Shown: positions 27,123 to 37,423 of the stretch, piece after piece
Layout: each line of letters begins with the position of its first letter
Position numbering within the stretch: the stretch's first letter is position 1
Assembly: GCA_029866025.1 (NCBI GenBank)
Contig: JARXAD010000001.1
Location: 229,873 to 293,872 of the forward strand
Origin: Vampirovibrionales bacterium
GTDB lineage: Bacteria; Cyanobacteriota; Vampirovibrionia; Vampirovibrionales; Vampirovibrionaceae
DNA length: 64,000 nt
Reading direction: 5' to 3'
Position numbers and translations under genes: made by a program
Notes under the pieces: model-generated
What the model was told of the DNA's origin: nothing
What the model saw: the letters and a program-made list of their open reading frames with translations, nothing else
Database searches by the model: none

Positions 27123-28233
27123 ACTGCACCGTCGATTTTTAACATCTGTGGTGGTCTTGGCTTGGATGGGTCTGGTGCTACTCAGTGTGACCGGATGTCA
27201 AACCCCACCCAAGCCCGAAGAAAAACCACCCGAAGCTGCTGCCGTTAACGAAGACACTGGCGAGGAGTTGGAAGCACTCCCTAAAAAGGTAGTAAACCCT
27301 TTTGCCCACCCCGAAACAATGACGGAACAGGATAAAACCGATTATTCTGCAGCTACGCAGGTCTCGGTGGTGGTGGATAGTAGCACCACCCTGAAGGGCT
27401 GGCTCTTTGATCCGTACCAGCAGGCGGCCAAAGAAAAAGAGTTGGCGGCTGCGGCAGCCGCTTCATCTGCGGCGGCTAGCGCCGAGGGCGAGGAGGGTGA
27501 AGACGCCTCTGCCGAAGAAGATGCCGGGGATGAGGATGGGGGAGATGCTGAAGCGCCACGACCCACCCAGCGATACCCCTTGGTCATTTTGCTCCATGGT
27601 CTTAATGGAGGGCGTTACGATTGGGCTGCCTTGCCTTTTCGCTTAGTGAGGCATGGTTATGCTGTGCTGGCGTTAGATTTGCGTGGCCATGGGGGAAGTA
27701 TTTTAAAAGGCAAAGACTGGCGTCAGTTTGGCCCAGACGATTGGAAAGCCATGCCCACCGATTTGGCGGGTATTTTGCGTACCCTGGCGGCGAAAGGCAT
27801 TGATGGCCAACTACAGGTGGATGGTCAGCGGGTGGTGCTAGTGGGAGCAGGCCTGGGGGCTAATGTAGCGGTGATTAGTGCCTCTCAAAAGCCGGCTACC
27901 GTTAAATCTATTGTTATGCTGTCTCCTACGGTGGAGTACAAGGGGTTAAACACCATTCAGCCTGCTTACCGCATTCAGGTGCCTTCCTTACTGGTGGCTA
28001 GCCAAAGCGATGCCAGTGCTTATGAATCGTCTCAAATTTTGTATCGTCTGCTGAGCGGGAAAAAAACCATCCAGCTGTATAAAAATCTGGGTTACGGGTC
28101 CGATATGATTCGCTTTTACCCTGAAATGCAGGATGCCATTGTGGCGTGGATTAAGGTGGGCTGCCCGCCTACCCCCAGTTCCGTTCCGCCGCCTCCGTCT
28201 GAAGAGGACAGTGGTGGCGACGAAGAAGAATAG
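27109..28233 (+). CDS. Lipoprotein with alpha/beta hydrolase fold
   Basis: Lipobox VTGC, VILLHG, DLRGHG; elbow reads GAGLG (no Ser); acidic low-complexity insert. Confidence 0.8.
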   Translation: MKRTELHRRFLTSVVVLAWMGLVLLSVTGCQTPPKPEEKPPEAAAVNEDTGEELEALPKKVVNPFAHPETMTEQDKTDYSAATQVSVVVDSSTTLKGWLFDPYQQAAKEKELAAAAAASSAAASAEGEEGEDASAEEDAGDEDGGDAEAPRPTQRYPLVILLHGLNGGRYDWAALPFRLVRHGYAVLALDLRGHGGSILKGKDWRQFGPDDWKAMPTDLAGILRTLAAKGIDGQLQVDGQRVVLVGAGLGANVAVISASQKPATVKSIVMLSPTVEYKGLNTIQPAYRIQVPSLLVASQSDASAYESSQILYRLLSGKKTIQLYKNLGYGSDMIRFYPEMQDAIVAWIKVGCPPTPSSVPPPPSEEDSGGDEEE

Positions 28234-28357
28234 CTTGGGTTAGGGTAGAGCCACTCATACCCAAGTCTGGAACTCTCTTTCAAGAGTGGCGTCTTTTCAG
28301 CTATCATCGCGTTACTACTCGTTTTCTCCCTCAATCCCTCTGCTTGGAGTGCATTCT

Positions 28358-29299
28358 ATGACACCGGTTTGGACATTGGCTCGGTCTTCTCAACGCCTTT
28401 TTGCTTGGGTTTTGGCTCTCTCAATTCTATTCCCCGCTGGCCTCTCAGCACCATCTTTTGCTCAATATCAAAACCCCTATCAAAATCAAAACCCTTATGC
28501 CACCCAACCCTACGGTGGCCAAAGTTATTCTGCTCCCCAACAAAATTACTCCCAAAGCCAAATGGCTCCCTTGCAAGGGTATGTGGTTACGGTTCCTGCT
28601 GGAACGTATGCCCAAGCCTCGTTACAAACCCCTATTTCCAGCGCCACAGCTCGTGCCGGTGATCGCTTTATGGTGACACTGGCCGGTCCTCTCATGTCGG
28701 GCAACACGGTTGCCTTGCCTTCGGGCACTCTGGTGGAAGGTCAAGTGATTTCCGCCATGGCGGCCGGTCGTGCCGGGCGTAACGGTCAGTTGGATATTCG
28801 TTTTACCTCCGCTGCCTTACCCAATGGTCAACGGGTTCCCTTATCGGCCCGTTTGCAAACGGAAGACGGAACCGGGGTGCTGAAAGGTGGTACCGGTGCT
28901 AGTCGTGCTGGGGGTGCTGCGGCTCGTGCGGTGGGTGGCGCCGCATTGGGTGCTGCGTTGGGTACGGCCATGGGGCCGTTATCCGGTGGTAGCGTGGGCC
29001 GGGGTGCTATTTATGGCACCATTTTGGGCAGCGGCCTGGGTGCCGTGGCTGCGGGTGTAAATAAGGGCGAAGACGTGGCCCTGAACTCGGGTGCTCCTGT
29101 TAATTTGGTGCTGGATGCCCCCGTAACCACCAGTGCCGATAGCAGTAATGCGACGTCTCTCCCCCAATACAACCAGCAAAATTACAGTCAGCAAGGGTAT
29201 AGCCAAACCCAGCCTTACGGAGCCACGCCGTCCAATGGAAGCTTTACCCCTTACCCAAACAACCCCAATACTCAGCCCTACAATCCCTATCAGTACTAA
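28358..29299 (+). CDS. Secreted TrbI/VirB10-like beta-domain protein with glycine zipper
   Basis: Signal peptide (..PSFA-Q), Q/Y/P-rich tails, VPAGT..ISSATARAGD..LPSGTLVEGQV..G.LDIRF, GAALGAALG zipper. Confidence 0.65.
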   Translation: MTPVWTLARSSQRLFAWVLALSILFPAGLSAPSFAQYQNPYQNQNPYATQPYGGQSYSAPQQNYSQSQMAPLQGYVVTVPAGTYAQASLQTPISSATARAGDRFMVTLAGPLMSGNTVALPSGTLVEGQVISAMAAGRAGRNGQLDIRFTSAALPNGQRVPLSARLQTEDGTGVLKGGTGASRAGGAAARAVGGAALGAALGTAMGPLSGGSVGRGAIYGTILGSGLGAVAAGVNKGEDVALNSGAPVNLVLDAPVTTSADSSNATSLPQYNQQNYSQQGYSQTQPYGATPSNGSFTPYPNNPNTQPYNPYQY

Positions 29300-29390
29300 T
29301 GCTGTTTTATAGGGAAGTTGGGTATACTGGTTAAGTCACACACTCCCAAAGCTCCCAGCCAATCGCTTGTTGATAGAAAGTTTTATTCCA

Positions 29391-30056
29391 ATGGAACCCC
29401 AAGCCAACGTTTTTTTATACGCTATTCAACACGATTTTTTCGTTCTCATCCCTATTTTTATTTGCTCCATTTTGTTGGTGGCTGTGTTTATTGACCGCTT
29501 GGCGTATTACAACCAAAACAAGCGAGACATTGTTGGGTTTATTCAGCGTTTGCAGCGAGAGTTGCAACGCGGTGCCTTGGATACGGCCCAAGTGATGAGT
29601 AATCAGCTGGGTGGTGTGATTGGCGATGTAGCCGAAGAAGGCCTGCGCATTTTGGAAGAGCAACCCGATCATTTCGATCGCTCCTTTGATATTGCGTCGT
29701 CCTTGGCCCGCCGTAAGTTAGAAGCCCGCTTGTCCATTATTGGCACCATTGCCACCATCTCTCCTTATCTCGGCTTGTTTGCCACCGTTGTAAGGATCTT
29801 GATTACCTTCGGAGAGTTGGCTCAGTCCCAATCAGCCAATGCGGCTCCTCAGGTTATGTTTGGTATTGGTTCTGCTTTGATTGCTACCGCTTTGGGTCTG
29901 TTGATTGCTATTACGGCTGTTACCCTCAATAACTGGTTCCAGTCGGTGGTGAATCGTTACGAAGATGATTTCCAACTGATTAAATTGCTGCTGCTTAGCT
30001 ATGCCGATACCCGTAAGCCTGCCATGGCCTCTGCCGCCCCCGCAGCCCGCTACTAA
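29391..30056 (+). CDS. exbB: MotA/TolQ/ExbB proton channel protein
   Basis: TIATISPYLGLFATV, GIGSALIATALGL. Confidence 0.88.
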   Translation: MEPQANVFLYAIQHDFFVLIPIFICSILLVAVFIDRLAYYNQNKRDIVGFIQRLQRELQRGALDTAQVMSNQLGGVIGDVAEEGLRILEEQPDHFDRSFDIASSLARRKLEARLSIIGTIATISPYLGLFATVVRILITFGELAQSQSANAAPQVMFGIGSALIATALGLLIAITAVTLNNWFQSVVNRYEDDFQLIKLLLLSYADTRKPAMASAAPAARY

Positions 30057-30136
30057 TAACTAGACTTTCTGGGCATCTTATCTTGACTATTTTGACACCA
30101 TGTCAGTCTTCCGTTTGTTCGTCTTTGTGAGTGTCC

Positions 30137-30733
30137 ATGCACGCCACGCACCATCGCACCGTTTTTAACGAAATTAATATCACGCCGTTGACGGATATTT
30201 TTTTGGTGCTGCTGATTATTATGATGGTGGTAGCCCCCATGATGCGCCAGCAACAGGCGGATATTCAGCCCCCCACACTGGTTGCGGGCCAATCGGTAGA
30301 TCAAGACAAGTTAACGGTGGAAATTAACGCTCAGGGCCAGTTTTTTGTGGATGGTGAAGCTGCTCCTGCCGAGGGTTTAACCACCGCCCTGCAACAAAAA
30401 AAAGCCCAACGCTTGGCTCAGGGATTGGATGTTGCCAAAGACAAAGAGAATTTAACCTCTGAGGCTGAACCGTTAGCCGATCCCCTCGCTTCAGCTGTAC
30501 CCACTAAAGACACACGCACGGGAGTTCTTATTATTCGCGCTGATAAAACCACCAAAAGCGGTGCCGTGCTGAGTGTGTTTGATGCCGCCCGTGACGCCGG
30601 CTACGCCAAAGTCACCATCTCCGGCCAAAAAGCCCCAAATGGGGGCTCTGGTAAGGGCACCATGGAAAGCTCTCAAAACACTTCTGCAACGCCCCACACG
30701 CCCAAAGATCCCTTTAACCAGCCCCTTTTATAG
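30137..30733 (+). CDS. exbD: ExbD/TolR family protein (copy 1)
   Basis: EINITPLTDIFLVLLIIMMV; IIRADK..V.DAARDAG. Confidence 0.88.
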   Translation: MHATHHRTVFNEINITPLTDIFLVLLIIMMVVAPMMRQQQADIQPPTLVAGQSVDQDKLTVEINAQGQFFVDGEAAPAEGLTTALQQKKAQRLAQGLDVAKDKENLTSEAEPLADPLASAVPTKDTRTGVLIIRADKTTKSGAVLSVFDAARDAGYAKVTISGQKAPNGGSGKGTMESSQNTSATPHTPKDPFNQPLL

Positions 30734-30852
30734 AAACCCGAGATTGTTCCATGGCTCATCACGGTTCCCGTGTTTTTAACGAAATCAATATCACGCCGTT
30801 GACGGATATTTTTTTGGTGCTGCTCATTATTATGATGGTGGTAGCCCCCATG
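30161..30852 (+). repeat. 81-bp direct repeat (79/81 identical) at 30161-30241 and 30772-30852
   Basis: Manual alignment; covers the TM-encoding segment of both exbD genes. Confidence 0.9.
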
Positions 30853-31221
30853 CTGGATTATCCCGGCATTAAGTTGGCCGTACCTTCCATAGGACCCGAT
30901 GAAACTACTAACCAAGAGCCTAAAACCATTACGGTGCGTATTGCCGCTAGTGGAGATGCTGAATTGGTTCAGGATGGCCAGACACAAGCCGTCACACCCA
31001 TGCTGTTACCCAACCGCTTGCGTGATTTAAAAGCCACGGCTCCCGATGGCCTTGTGATTCAAGTGGATCCCAGCGCTACCCATGAGGCTTTGACCCGTGT
31101 GATGGATGCCGGCCAACAGGCTGGGCTGGAAAAAATTGCCGTCACCCGTTTGGAAGGCGCTGCTCCTCGTTCTGCGGCCATGGCCGAGGATGTGACGGCC
31201 CCCTTGATGGGAGCCCAATAG
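30751..31221 (+). CDS. exbD: ExbD/TolR family protein (copy 2)
   Basis: Same TM motif with the conserved Asp; VIQVD..VMDAGQQAG. Confidence 0.88.
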   Translation: MAHHGSRVFNEINITPLTDIFLVLLIIMMVVAPMLDYPGIKLAVPSIGPDETTNQEPKTITVRIAASGDAELVQDGQTQAVTPMLLPNRLRDLKATAPDGLVIQVDPSATHEALTRVMDAGQQAGLEKIAVTRLEGAAPRSAAMAEDVTAPLMGAQ

Positions 31222-31304
31222 GGCTAGGTATTCGCTGGCTATTCGTCTGTGAAGCCAAGCCGGTCGACTTTGCGTCTTCTTATAAGCTGCGCTAAAGTAA
31301 CCCT

Positions 31305-31997
31305 ATGATGACTGCTTCACCTATTGCCTTACCGCCTCATTGGTGGAACTCTTGGGCCAACCGCATCACCGTGGGACGGTTACTGCTTTGTTTTGTGGTG
31401 GTTGCCTTGGTGGTTGCTGCTTCTCCCAAAGCCTTAGCCTGGGCCTTTTGGCTAACCATTGCTGTGATTTGGATGGACGGATTGGACGGCTATGTGGCCC
31501 GTAAGCGGGGCGAAAGCAGCGTGTTGGGCGGTGTGTTAGACATCCTGTCGGATCGCATTGTGGAACAAGTGTACTGGGTTACCTTTGCCGTGTTGTGCTG
31601 GGTGCCGTTGTGGGTTCCCTTGGTGGTGATTACCCGAGGCGTACTGGTGGATGGTGTGCGCAGTGTGGCCTTGCAACATGGTATGGCCGCTTTTGGCGTC
31701 GACTCCATGATGAAAAGCCCGTTGGGGGTTTTCCTGGTGAGTTCTCGTTTTAGCCGGGCCAGCTATGCGGTGTTAAAGGCTGCGGCCTTTGCCTTTGTTA
31801 TTGGCGCTCAATGGGTGCTGGTCAGCCAAGCTCAGTGGTTTGGTTTGTCTTCTCTCAACACATGGAGTTGGGTTCAATCCGTGGCCAATGCCTGCGTATG
31901 GGGCGCTGTATTTTTCTGTGTTGTTCGGGGCTTGCCCGTTCTCTTTCAGCTAAATGAGTTTACCCAGCAGCCCTCTTCATCTTCATCTCCCCCGTAA
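31305..31997 (+). CDS. CDP-alcohol phosphatidyltransferase (PgsA-like)
   Basis: ANRITVGR, DGLDGYVARK..GGVLDILSDR. Confidence 0.9.
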   Translation: MMTASPIALPPHWWNSWANRITVGRLLLCFVVVALVVAASPKALAWAFWLTIAVIWMDGLDGYVARKRGESSVLGGVLDILSDRIVEQVYWVTFAVLCWVPLWVPLVVITRGVLVDGVRSVALQHGMAAFGVDSMMKSPLGVFLVSSRFSRASYAVLKAAAFAFVIGAQWVLVSQAQWFGLSSLNTWSWVQSVANACVWGAVFFCVVRGLPVLFQLNEFTQQPSSSSSPP

Positions 31998-32011
31998 AAA
32001 GGTGTGTCCCA

Positions 32012-32605
32012 ATGACCTTGGCCTGTTTTTTAGACCGTGACGGCACCCTGAATCAAGAAAAGGGCTACATTCGCAACGTGGATGACTTGGCCCTCATTGA
32101 GGGGGCGGCCCACGCCGTGAAGCGCCTCAATGACGCCGGTGTGCTGGCTATCCTTACGACCAATCAAACGGGGGCTGCCCGTGGCTTTTATGATGAGGCC
32201 CATATTCAGGCCCTTCATAACCGCCTGGAACAATTGCTGTGGGATGAGGCTGAAGCCAAGCTGGATGCTATTTTTTACTGCCCCCATTATCCCCGTGGTG
32301 TTGTGGAACAGTACGCCACCGAGTGCACTTGCCGTAAACCTGCCATTGCTATGATCACTCAAGCGTGTGAGGCGTTTCCTGCCATTGAGTTAGCCCAAAG
32401 CGTGGTGATGGGGGACAAAGCCAGTGATATTGAGCTGGCCCACAATGCAGGTTGCCAAAGCGTGTTGCTTAAAACCGGTTATGGCCAAGCCGTTTTGGAT
32501 GGCCGCTATCAATCCCTTACCCATCAGCCAACCTGGGTGTGCGATGATGTGCTGGCAGGCGTGGAGACCTTTTTAGCCCCCGCAAAGGCAAGTTTGTTGA
32601 GTTAA
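32012..32605 (+). CDS. gmhB: HAD-IIIA phosphatase, GmhB-like heptose-bisphosphate phosphatase
   Basis: FLDRDGTLN, TNQTG, YCPH, CTCRKP, MGDKASDI. Confidence 0.88.
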   Translation: MTLACFLDRDGTLNQEKGYIRNVDDLALIEGAAHAVKRLNDAGVLAILTTNQTGAARGFYDEAHIQALHNRLEQLLWDEAEAKLDAIFYCPHYPRGVVEQYATECTCRKPAIAMITQACEAFPAIELAQSVVMGDKASDIELAHNAGCQSVLLKTGYGQAVLDGRYQSLTHQPTWVCDDVLAGVETFLAPAKASLLS

Positions 32606-32635
32606 ATGGGCTTGCTTGCTCAATAAGGATTGTTG

Positions 32636-33253
32636 ATGATGACTACTGCCACCGAACCCACGACGCTGTCTCGCCAAGAAGAGTATGTCCAGCGCTACCC
32701 TGACGCTAAAATTCACGAGAGCGCGTATGTAGACGCCCCATGTACTTTGGGCGAAGGTACCCAGGTGTGGCATTTTAGCCATATTTTGGGCCATTGTACC
32801 TTGGGTACCGGCTGCAAAATTGGTCAAAACGTCGTGATTGGTCCACGGGTGACCATTGGCAACAATGTGAAAATTCAAAACAATGTGTCGGTGTATCCGG
32901 GCGTTACATTAGAAGACGACGTGTTTTGCGGGCCCAGCATGGTGTTTACCAATGTGTTTAACCCCCGTAGCGCCGTGGTGCGTAATAGCGATGATGCTTT
33001 TCTAAAAACTCTCGTCAAACGCGGGGCCAGTATTGGGGCCAATGCCACCATTGTGTGTGGCACCACCATTGGGGAATACGCCTTTATTGGTGCCGGTAGC
33101 GTGGTGACCAAAGATATACCCCCTTACGCCTTGGTGTACGGTAACCCAGCCAAACAGCATGGTTGGGCCTGTGTTTGTGGCGAGCCTATCAAGGCTCTGA
33201 CGGCCGGCGCCTTGGTGTGCCCCACCTGCGGACAAACAACCCCCGTTTCTTAA
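32636..33253 (+). CDS. Hexapeptide-repeat N-acetyltransferase, WbpD/WlbB-like
   Basis: [37 protein letters not shown], terminal CxC..CxxC. Confidence 0.88.
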   Translation: MMTTATEPTTLSRQEEYVQRYPDAKIHESAYVDAPCTLGEGTQVWHFSHILGHCTLGTGCKIGQNVVIGPRVTIGNNVKIQNNVSVYPGVTLEDDVFCGPSMVFTNVFNPRSAVVRNSDDAFLKTLVKRGASIGANATIVCGTTIGEYAFIGAGSVVTKDIPPYALVYGNPAKQHGWACVCGEPIKALTAGALVCPTCGQTTPVS

Positions 33254-33300
33254 AAAGATGGGGTTATGTCTCCGAACTTTTAGTGCCTTGCTTTGTAAGG

Positions 33301-34503
33301 CTAAGCGTGACCGCCCAGGACCTTTTTAAACTTATCCAGCACCGATTCATGCTCACCGCCATGATCCGTGTGGGGGGCTTTGCCGTTTTTCTTTCCGCTG
33401 GGGGTAGTTTTGCCTGTTTCCAATTCGCGCAGCGCTTCCAGCAAATGGCGTTCTTCATGACCCAGCTTGGTGGGCACTTCAATTTGCACCTGCACAAAGT
33501 GATCCCCACGCCGCCCCGGCTGATTGAGAACCGGCACCCCAAAATCGCGTAAGGTAAAGACGTGGCCATTGGCTGTCCCGGCGGGGATGGTAATACTTTC
33601 GCTACCCGAACCTGATTGCGCCAATACCGGCACGGAAATACTGCCGCCCAACGCTAACAAAGCGTAAGACACGGGCTGCACTGACACCACGTTGTAGCCA
33701 TCGCGCTGCAACACGGGATGCTCTTGAATGGTCATGACCAAAAATAAATCGCCACTGGGGCCACCATTGGGGCCGCTATTGCCTTCGCCGGCTACGCGTA
33801 GCTGGGTGCCGCTATCCACACCCGCCGGAACGGTGACGGTAAAGGTGTGCTTGGTTTGAGAACGCCCTTCCCCACGGCACGATTTACAGGGGTTGGTAAT
33901 CATACGGCCACTGCCGTTGCAATTAGGGCAGGCACCCACTTGGGTAAAGTGGCCCAGCAAGGTTTGGGTGGTGTGGCGCACTTGGCCTTGGCCACCGCAC
34001 GTGGTGCACACACTGGGGCCCGCGTTATCGGCTGAACCACTTCCGCTACACGGCTCACACGGCCCTAAGCGAGGCACTGTTACGTCGCGCTTAATGCCAA
34101 AGGCGGCTTCTTCAAAGCTCACCACCAGCTCCATGCGAATATGCTCGCCCTGGTTGGGATTGCGACGACGAGGGGCCCCGTAGCCAAAGTCTCCACCAAA
34201 AAAGGTAGAGAACAAGTCATTCAGGTCTGGAAAACCCTGCATAAAATCCCAGTTGGTTTGGTAGCCGCCGGATTTTAGGCCGTCATGGCCGTACGTATCG
34301 TACACCTGGCGCTTTTGAGGATCGCTCAACACGTCTGCGGCTTCGCCCAATTGCTTGAACATGTCTTCCGCATCGGCAGACGGATTCACATCGGGGTGGT
34401 ATTCTTTAGCCTTTTTACGAAAGGCCTTTTTGATTTCATCAGCGCTGGCACTGCGCGCCACGCCTAAAATATCGTAATAGTCCCGCTGCTGGGTTGAAGA
34501 CAT
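33301..34503 (-). CDS. dnaJ: Chaperone DnaJ
   Basis: J domain with HPD, four CxxCxGxG repeats. Confidence 0.97.
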   Translation of the reverse strand: MSSTQQRDYYDILGVARSASADEIKKAFRKKAKEYHPDVNPSADAEDMFKQLGEAADVLSDPQKRQVYDTYGHDGLKSGGYQTNWDFMQGFPDLNDLFSTFFGGDFGYGAPRRRNPNQGEHIRMELVVSFEEAAFGIKRDVTVPRLGPCEPCSGSGSADNAGPSVCTTCGGQGQVRHTTQTLLGHFTQVGACPNCNGSGRMITNPCKSCRGEGRSQTKHTFTVTVPAGVDSGTQLRVAGEGNSGPNGGPSGDLFLVMTIQEHPVLQRDGYNVVSVQPVSYALLALGGSISVPVLAQSGSGSESITIPAGTANGHVFTLRDFGVPVLNQPGRRGDHFVQVQIEVPTKLGHEERHLLEALRELETGKTTPSGKKNGKAPHTDHGGEHESVLDKFKKVLGGHA

Positions 34504-34567
34504 AAAACATCATCCAAAATAAAGCTAAAAATGGGTTATGAAGAAATGAAATACTCAGGTAAAAAAA

Positions 34568-35197
34568 TTACGCCTCAACAGAGGTAAAGGGGTTGTTGGC
34601 TTGCGCTGCAAATGTAGGCTCGTCGGCTGGTTCTGATGGAGCAACAGCTACGGCCACTTGCGCCACACGAATTACCCGATCGTACAAGGTATAACCGCTT
34701 TGCAACTGGCGCACAATGGTGTTTTCCGCCACATCAGACGTTACCACCTGATCCACAGCCTCGTGGCGAGCAGGGTCAAAGGCTTGGCCTTCGGTCGTCA
34801 TTTTTTTTAGGCCAGTGCTGTCCAGTTCACTCATCAACTGGTTGGCCAGCATGGTAAAGCTTTGGTACAGCAGTTTTGGGTCGCTGGTAGCGGATAAACT
34901 ACTGGCGCCGCGCTCTAAGTTATCCAACACTGGCAACAGGCACTCAATGGTGTTTTGGGCGCCATACTTTAGCAACGCTTCCCGCTCTTGGCGGGTGTTT
35001 TTTCTAAAATTCTCAAAATCCGCCGCCAACCGCAAGTGCTGATCATACAATTCTTTGTAGCGCTCTTCCGCCGTGGGCTCTGGCACCACTTGGGCTTCCG
35101 TCTCACTGGCCGTCTCGGCGGTTACGCCATCGTTCACTGGGATTTCATTGTCTAACATAGAGTCTAGGGAGGCTTCTACGGTGGAATCAAACATCAT
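34568..35197 (-). CDS. grpE: Nucleotide exchange factor GrpE
   Basis: LRLAADFENFRK, LLPVLDNLER, FDPARHEAV, GYTLYDRVIR. Confidence 0.95.
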   Translation of the reverse strand: MMFDSTVEASLDSMLDNEIPVNDGVTAETASETEAQVVPEPTAEERYKELYDQHLRLAADFENFRKNTRQEREALLKYGAQNTIECLLPVLDNLERGASSLSATSDPKLLYQSFTMLANQLMSELDSTGLKKMTTEGQAFDPARHEAVDQVVTSDVAENTIVRQLQSGYTLYDRVIRVAQVAVAVAPSEPADEPTFAAQANNPFTSVEA

Positions 35198-35376
35198 TAC
35201 AGACCTGAGGCTCACGATAATATAATATAGTGCTCTCAGTATAGGCCGCACACGCCCCCAACGCCCGTTCCTTAAGAATCTCTTAAGGGCCGCCAAGGCG
35301 GCTTTTATAACTTGCCCTTTGCGTAGACCCCTTAAATCGTTATGATGGATTCATAGACCAATAGGGGGGAATACGC

Positions 35377-36282
35377 ATGGATTCAACGTTAACTGAGCTG
35401 GCTTGCCAACTTGCACCACAGGCGGTAGCACCAATGGGTACAATTGGTATATGGCAGTTTCTTAAATTACCTGCTGTAAAAGAGGGCTTAAATCAGGCGG
35501 TATCCCCATTTATGCAGCTGTTGGCTTTGTCTTCAAAGGCGGCTACTAACCAATTGATACCTTCGGAGCTGGTGCTTTACGGCATCGCCGATCAGGCGCG
35601 CTCACTGGATAATAAGATTAACTTTATGGTGAAAAACCTTCAACCACTGGCCGTGGCTATTCCAGAGGAAAATCGCCAAGAGCCAGATCCACGGATTTTG
35701 AAGCAGACTTTAAACGCTGTGGATGAAGTTTTTGACGAACCTATGTTGAAAGACATGTTTGCCAATTTGCTGGCTAATGCGATGGATACTCGAACAAGCA
35801 GCGAGGTTCACCCGAGATTTATACAAATAATTAAAGGGTTAATTCCCGATGAAGCAGATTTTTTGTTTCGCTTAAAGACTTATCAAAACCTATTTTTACT
35901 TCAAGCTAATTACAAACCAAAAGATAAGGGATGGCGGCATGCAGGGTGCTCAGTAGAAGATTTTAAAGACTCGGTGCATTATGACCCCATCCAAGTCATA
36001 GAAAGCCTATTAGCTTCTGGCATTATTGAGTCCAGCATTCCATTCGGAAAATATTCTCTGCCAGCACTTGCTGAATTTCAAGCCAGTGATCTTGCACAAG
36101 AATGGTATCAAGAGGAGGAAGAGAAGGCTTTGCGAAAAATGAAAAACGAAGGCTTAACAGATGAGGAGATACAGTTTGTTAAAGGTTATATCCAGCTAAC
36201 CCCTTTTGGAAAAGCCTTTATAAAGGCCGTGCTACCCAAAAACGAAATTACCGACGCCACCCAACCGTTAGAGACACTATAA
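35377..36282 (+). CDS. DUF4393 / Abi-alpha family protein
   Basis: LKDMFANLLANAMD..VHPRFIQIIKGL.PDEA..L and C-terminal LTPFGKAF; own promoter TTGCGT-N16-TATGAT at 35319-35346. Confidence 0.75.
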   Translation: MDSTLTELACQLAPQAVAPMGTIGIWQFLKLPAVKEGLNQAVSPFMQLLALSSKAATNQLIPSELVLYGIADQARSLDNKINFMVKNLQPLAVAIPEENRQEPDPRILKQTLNAVDEVFDEPMLKDMFANLLANAMDTRTSSEVHPRFIQIIKGLIPDEADFLFRLKTYQNLFLLQANYKPKDKGWRHAGCSVEDFKDSVHYDPIQVIESLLASGIIESSIPFGKYSLPALAEFQASDLAQEWYQEEEEKALRKMKNEGLTDEEIQFVKGYIQLTPFGKAFIKAVLPKNEITDATQPLETL

Positions 36283-36296
36283 AAACCCCTTGGGGT

Positions 36297-37403
36297 TTAG
36301 CCCAGCAGCTTATTGAGGGCGCGAAGCTCCTCGCGAGAAAGCTCGCGGGCTTTGCCGACAGGCAGGTTTTTGAGCTGCACAGGGCCCACGGCCATGCGGC
36401 GCAAGGTCATCACGTGGTAGCCCAACACCTCCAAACTGCGACGAATTTGGCGATTAAGGCCCGTGTGGAGGGTGATGGTGAGGGAACATTCGTCTTCAAT
36501 CACCACCTGATGGGCTTTGGCCACCTGCTCGGTGCCGCGCTCTTCATCCACCAGCACCACGCCGGTTTTTAGTTGCTTTACCGCATCCGGTGCCACGGGT
36601 CGGTTGACCCGCACCCGATACACCTTGGGGCACAAAAACTTGGGGTGCATCAGCTTTTGCAGCAAGTCCCCATCATTGGTCATCAGTAAAAGCCCGCTAG
36701 AGGCCTTATCCAGACGTCCCGCCGGATCACAGGTGTGGTATTTTTTGGGCAACTCATCGTAAATGGTGCGGCGGTCGCGGTCATCACTACGGGTCGTCAG
36801 GGTTCCGGCCGGTTTGTGGAAAGCAATGACCCAGTGCTTGGCCTTGGGCAGGGCATGACCATCCACCAACACAATGTCTTGCGCCGTGACGGTTTGGCCC
36901 ACCTTGGGCGTCTCAAAATTCACCTGTACGCGGCCTTCTTCTATCCAGCGGTCGGCTTCGCGGCGAGAACACATGCCACTGTCGGCAATGGCTTTATTTA
37001 GGCGTTTGGGCACCAAGGGGGCATCACCCACGGCCTTGCGCCGCATGCCCAGTTGGCGTAACCCCATCGGCCTCATTCCTGGTTGCTTGGGCGCACGAGA
37101 ATGGGTCGTGGTCCGAAACGCGCCTAATGTGTTTTTGGGTTTGTTGGCGGGCAGAAAGGCAGGCTCTTTGGTTTCAGCAGCGTCGGGGGGCACCCCTGAT
37201 GGTTTGCAAGAAACAGGCCGACTGGGTCTGCTTTTGGGGCTGCGTTCCGTTACTTTGGCCGAGGTTTTTTTGCCCATGTTGCGGGTGGCTTGAGGCGTGG
37301 AAACCGTTAAGCCCACCTCAGCCGCTTTGGCTTTGGCTGAATACGCCTTGGGAGGCGGCCCTTTGCGGGTGGTTTTGGATGACGCTTTGATGGGTTTTCT
37401 CAT
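36297..37403 (-). CDS. rRNA pseudouridine synthase (RluB/RsuA family) with basic N-terminal extension
   Basis: S4 domain RLNKAIADSGMCSRREAD, GRLD catalytic motif, GLNRQIRR. Confidence 0.92.
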   Translation of the reverse strand: MRKPIKASSKTTRKGPPPKAYSAKAKAAEVGLTVSTPQATRNMGKKTSAKVTERSPKSRPSRPVSCKPSGVPPDAAETKEPAFLPANKPKNTLGAFRTTTHSRAPKQPGMRPMGLRQLGMRRKAVGDAPLVPKRLNKAIADSGMCSRREADRWIEEGRVQVNFETPKVGQTVTAQDIVLVDGHALPKAKHWVIAFHKPAGTLTTRSDDRDRRTIYDELPKKYHTCDPAGRLDKASSGLLLMTNDGDLLQKLMHPKFLCPKVYRVRVNRPVAPDAVKQLKTGVVLVDEERGTEQVAKAHQVVIEDECSLTITLHTGLNRQIRRSLEVLGYHVMTLRRMAVGPVQLKNLPVGKARELSREELRALNKLLG

Positions 37404-37423
37404 AATCAATGCTTTTTGTTCAG

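Noticed and set aside
33301..35197. grpE-dnaJ without dnaK (similarly, pyrH is not followed by frr)
   Set aside because: Operon splitting of this kind is common; the genes are probably elsewhere
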